DNA from: a virus
Lineage: Duplodnaviria; Caudoviricetes
Virus record (IMG/VR): IMGVR_UViG_3300038321_000202
Span: 1-38,611 of that record
Length of the DNA: 38,611 nt
Strand: one strand, 5' to 3'
Both the position numbers and the translations under genes were made by a program. The notes below the pieces were generated by a model that saw nothing but the letters and a program-made list of their open reading frames with translations, was not told the origin of the DNA and did no database searches. Below, one piece after another: positions 35,696 through 38,611 of this stretch (the first letter of the stretch is position 1; every line of letters starts with the position of its first letter).

Positions 35696-36123
35696 ACAAT
35701 CCTGGTCCTTTCATAAATTCGTGCGACAAATTTCAACTGCCGACGCCGTACGGCATCATCCGGATCGGGCAGCGATAGCCGCCAAACCGTATCACGGTAT
35801 AATTCCATAAAAAGCGTATCAGTCAAAAAATGCTGCTTGTTGAGGACATGAAAAACGACGTCCGTTAGCTGCTCCAGCTGCGTGACGTCGCTTCCCTGAT
35901 TATCCCAAATATCAATTTGAAGCGTATATAGGTCGGAAAACTCATTATTCCTTGCGGCGTTACTAAAAGCAATCGTGACGTAAGGATAAAGGTGCTTTCC
36001 ATCTTCTTTCAATTTTTCCGGCGGATACTCATTCGCATAACAAGCGGGAATAATCGGAAGGATTAAAGCCCGGACCAATTTTTGCGCATCCCGTACCACC
36101 GGATTCTGTGTGTCCGGGTCCAT
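35692..36123 (-). CDS. Tail terminator/completion protein
   Basis: YPYVT...LQIDIWD...RRRQL; position upstream of the major tail gene. Confidence 0.75.
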   Translation of the reverse strand: MDPDTQNPVVRDAQKLVRALILPIIPACYANEYPPEKLKEDGKHLYPYVTIAFSNAARNNEFSDLYTLQIDIWDNQGSDVTQLEQLTDVVFHVLNKQHFLTDTLFMELYRDTVWRLSLPDPDDAVRRRQLKFVARIYERTRIV

Positions 36124-36129
36124 TCCATA

Positions 36130-36462
36130 TCACCCCCGCATGTGATTGTGATAAGATTCTTCCGCAAGGCCTTTAATCTGCCCGACGCACCCCTGGATTC
36201 CATCTTCCAGGAAATGCTGGGCCTTCTGCTTCGATGATCCCTGGTCAACATAGATCGAGTACGGAGCATCGTTAGTCACGCCAATGGCTACGGCGTCATT
36301 GGACACAACCTGGGATGTCGTGGATCGGCGCATATTACCGGACTGCACCGGTTCAATCAGCTGTACGTTCGCCGTACACCGCACCCCAATCTGCTGCAAA
36401 GCCTGTCGTTTGCTGCTATCCAACGCCGCGAGAACGGCGCCCAGATTGCTATGGAAGCTCAT
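36130..36462 (-). CDS. HK97 gp10-like neck protein
   Basis: PVQSGNMRRS...YSIYVDQGSSKQKAQHFL. Confidence 0.8.
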   Translation of the reverse strand: MSFHSNLGAVLAALDSSKRQALQQIGVRCTANVQLIEPVQSGNMRRSTTSQVVSNDAVAIGVTNDAPYSIYVDQGSSKQKAQHFLEDGIQGCVGQIKGLAEESYHNHMRG

Positions 36463-36754
36463 AGACCATCACCTCGCTGTAGTTATCCCAGGGAACGGTT
36501 TTTCGAACCTCGTACACCGTACTGCCCTCCCGAAACTGCATGCCCAGGTCAACATCGGACGCATCCCGGATAAATAACCGCTGCGTAACGTCAACATCAA
36601 AACCGTAATCTTTTTTTAACAGCTCACGGCTATATGGCTGAAAATCCATCGGAACGTTTCGGACAAACTCGGCGGTACCCGGATGATAAACGCCGCTATC
36701 ATCAGTTGACCCTGGAGTCAGCCGATACAGCGACAGCGTTTTATTGATATACAT
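36449..36754 (-). CDS. Head closure protein (putative)
   Basis: ATG at 36754; position in the neck module. Confidence 0.65.
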   Translation of the reverse strand: MYINKTLSLYRLTPGSTDDSGVYHPGTAEFVRNVPMDFQPYSRELLKKDYGFDVDVTQRLFIRDASDVDLGMQFREGSTVYEVRKTVPWDNYSEVMVYELP

Positions 36755-36755
36755 T

Positions 36756-37064
36756 TCAGGCCCCCCCATGGAGGCCGACGCAGGGGGCGGGCAGTAACGA
36801 TCGAACTTCTTCCGACAGCCCGGGTTCGTATGATCCCTGCCGGGACCCTTGCATGAATTGGCTAAGGCCCTCATTACCGCGACGCTCCAGGGCTTCCATG
36901 ACCACCAGCAGAACGGCGTCCGGATAATCGGTTTCCGGATTGCAATCCGTGTTTAAATAGAACCGAACAGCCTGACCGGCGCGGCGGATATACAGCTGCA
37001 GGATTGCGTCTTGATCAGATCCCGAAATACCAAGCAGGGTTTTGCAATCATCCAAAACAGCCAT
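36756..37064 (-). CDS. Head-tail connector protein
   Basis: LDDCKTLLGI...QDAILQLYI...GNEGLS...QGSR..SY. Confidence 0.82.
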   Translation of the reverse strand: MAVLDDCKTLLGISGSDQDAILQLYIRRAGQAVRFYLNTDCNPETDYPDAVLLVVMEALERRGNEGLSQFMQGSRQGSYEPGLSEEVRSLLPAPCVGLHGGA

Positions 37065-37082
37065 AACCTTACCGCCTTTCCG

Positions 37083-37247
37083 TTACTTTTTTACCGGCGG
37101 CCGGCCGGGACCGCGCTTTTCCGGTTGCCCGGCCGATTTTACAGCCGGTGAGCCCTGCACCAGCTTATATCCCTGACCGACCAGCGCATCCCGGTCGTGC
37201 TCGCTGTCCACGATCCGGAAAACATTTAGATTCTGCAGCTTAAACAT
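37083..37247 (-). CDS. Small head-associated protein (54 aa) with AT-hook-like end, not in the ORF track
   Basis: MFKLQNLNVFRIVDSE...QGYK...KRGPGRPPVKK directly after the capsid gene. Confidence 0.65.
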   Translation of the reverse strand: MFKLQNLNVFRIVDSEHDRDALVGQGYKLVQGSPAVKSAGQPEKRGPGRPPVKK

Positions 37248-37252
37248 CAGTA

Positions 37253-38185
37253 TTAACCCCCAGTAGTAAGTGCTTCCTGCACGTTCACAAACACGGCAGC
37301 CAGCTTATTTTCCGGAATCCAAAGATCATGGTATTTACGGTAATCCATGCCCCAAGCCCGGGCCTTCTGGTTGGTATTGGGATCAAAAATACGGATTGCA
37401 TCGGTTTTCGACACGGCAATCGGTGCATTCTGCGCAGAAATGATCCAGTTGATGGTCTTAGCCGAGGCGTCCGGAGTAAAGCCGCCGCCTTCCTGCCCGG
37501 TAGTCTTTCCGTCGTTGAATACATAAGCCGTTTTCAGCCGGGCCGAAGGAACAGGCCGGATAACGCAATCGTCAATCGCATTAACCTTTGTCGTGAGATT
37601 GCCCTGCGTAAAGTCGACAACCGGCAGCTGTTTGGTAATTTCGGTCGAATTTTCAAGAACATTCTTTACCATCCGGTTCATGACGATAATAAGCGGAAGG
37701 TCACCGACCACATCCTGCACCGCCGCAATATCCGCTTTCAGCTTGCTGTAGATGTCAGCCACCGCGGGAATATATCCGCCGGACGCCCGTCCCGCAGCAA
37801 TAGCAAGCGCCGCAATCTTACTGTACCGGTAGGCATCCACTTCCGGGATAACATGCAGACGCTGGAATTCCGACATCACCGTGCCGGCGTTTGCCACGAA
37901 ATTGCTTTCGTTGACGGTATTCTCGTCAAGCTGGAAGCTGCGGCCGCGGTCCATCGTCATTTCCACAGTTTCATAATCCAGATGGACGCTGCCGGCAGTA
38001 AAGCCGTTATCCCGGTCATAATTTGCCAAGCCATCCATCGTCAGCTTTGGAATTTTGATTTCCTTTCCGCCGTTATAAATCACCCGGCCGGCGTTTGCTT
38101 CCATCCAGCCGGAAGTCGCCTGCTGCTCCATCTGCTGATCCAACGCAGTCTGAAACAGCGTCGCAAACTCAATTACGTTCGCCAT
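37253..38185 (-). CDS. Major capsid protein
   Basis: GGKEIKIP...GLANYDR..G...DRGRSF.LD...PEVDAYRYSK...YRKYHDLW. Confidence 0.9.
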   Translation of the reverse strand: MANVIEFATLFQTALDQQMEQQATSGWMEANAGRVIYNGGKEIKIPKLTMDGLANYDRDNGFTAGSVHLDYETVEMTMDRGRSFQLDENTVNESNFVANAGTVMSEFQRLHVIPEVDAYRYSKIAALAIAAGRASGGYIPAVADIYSKLKADIAAVQDVVGDLPLIIVMNRMVKNVLENSTEITKQLPVVDFTQGNLTTKVNAIDDCVIRPVPSARLKTAYVFNDGKTTGQEGGGFTPDASAKTINWIISAQNAPIAVSKTDAIRIFDPNTNQKARAWGMDYRKYHDLWIPENKLAAVFVNVQEALTTGG

Positions 38186-38198
38186 AAGTCATTCTCCT

Positions 38199-38531
38199 TT
38201 ACTTTAAATCAAAAATCGAATTAATTTCCTGTTGCGCCTTGTCCTTATCCGTGGCGGGATCTTCATCGGCTTTCGGCGGCTTGTATCCGGCCTTCAACCG
38301 TTCCTCGGCAACGGAATTTACGCTTTTGGTAAACGCGGATTCCAGCGCATTTAAATTGTTTTTCGTTGCGTCCTCATCCTTACCGATGAAAAAGCTGACA
38401 AGTTCCGACGGCAGTTTCTTTTCCCCAGCGTATTTTAACGCCTTTGCCGTCAGATCCTTCTTCGCGGCTTCCGCCCGGATCTCAGCGACCTGTTTTTCAA
38501 GTTCAGAAATTTTACTGTCCTTCGGGTCCGC
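38199..38531 (-). pseudogene. Capsid scaffold protein, C-terminal part
   Basis: ADPKDSKISELEK...AEERLKAGYKP; continues the 95-348 fragment. Confidence 0.85.
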
Positions 38532-38611
38532 GGTAGTGTCAAGAGAAGTTTGCAATTTAGGGGCTCCGAGAGAATGAATTATGCGGCGGTTGGGAAAGCG
38601 TTCTGCATAGA
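38532..38611 (-). mobile_element. IS256-family insertion sequence, right end (partial)
   Basis: GGTAGTGTCAAGAGAAGTTTGCAATTT terminal repeat; possible transposase end ...SMQNAFPTAA* on the minus strand; 8-bp TSD. Confidence 0.75.

Noticed and set aside
38505-38542. IS-created hybrid promoter driving capsid genes
   Set aside because: The outward TTGACA is 22 nt from the nearest TAAAAT; the 17-nt position reads GACAGT.
38199-38555. 118-aa ORF as an independent gene starting at TTG 38555
   Set aside because: The start lies in the IS terminal repeat with no clear SD; it is the scaffold C-terminal fragment.

Overview
The window is an essentially complete, circularly permuted temperate siphovirus genome of about 38.4 kb, probably from a Clostridia-type Firmicute (host is inference). 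Nearly all genes are on the minus strand. These comprise the head (SPP1-type portal, MuF minor head, scaffold, capsid), tail, lysis, an early/replication module (family A DNA polymerase, VirE-type primase-helicase, SNF2 helicase, DUF2800/DUF2815, VRR-NUC) and two antirepressors. The plus-strand lysogeny block is repressor, ImmA-like protease, membrane protein and tyrosine integrase. An intact attP carrying the 3' part of tRNA-Pro(GGG) lies between integrase and endolysin. Both window ends are the termini of an IS256-like element that splits the scaffold gene with an 8-bp target duplication. The most striking observation is a solitary 32-nt type I-C CRISPR-repeat-like sequence (477-508, minus strand) followed by a spacer-length tract and a hairpin, a candidate RNA anti-CRISPR or crRNA mimic. 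It lies directly behind a MuF-Ntox50 toxin/putative immunity pair. Other notable points: three antisense promoter-terminator cassettes upstream of genes, an immA ribosome-binding site pointing at an ACG codon, a patterned origin-like repeat array, and a highly symmetric terS-terL gap. Domain names are from motif recognition by eye; no database search was run.
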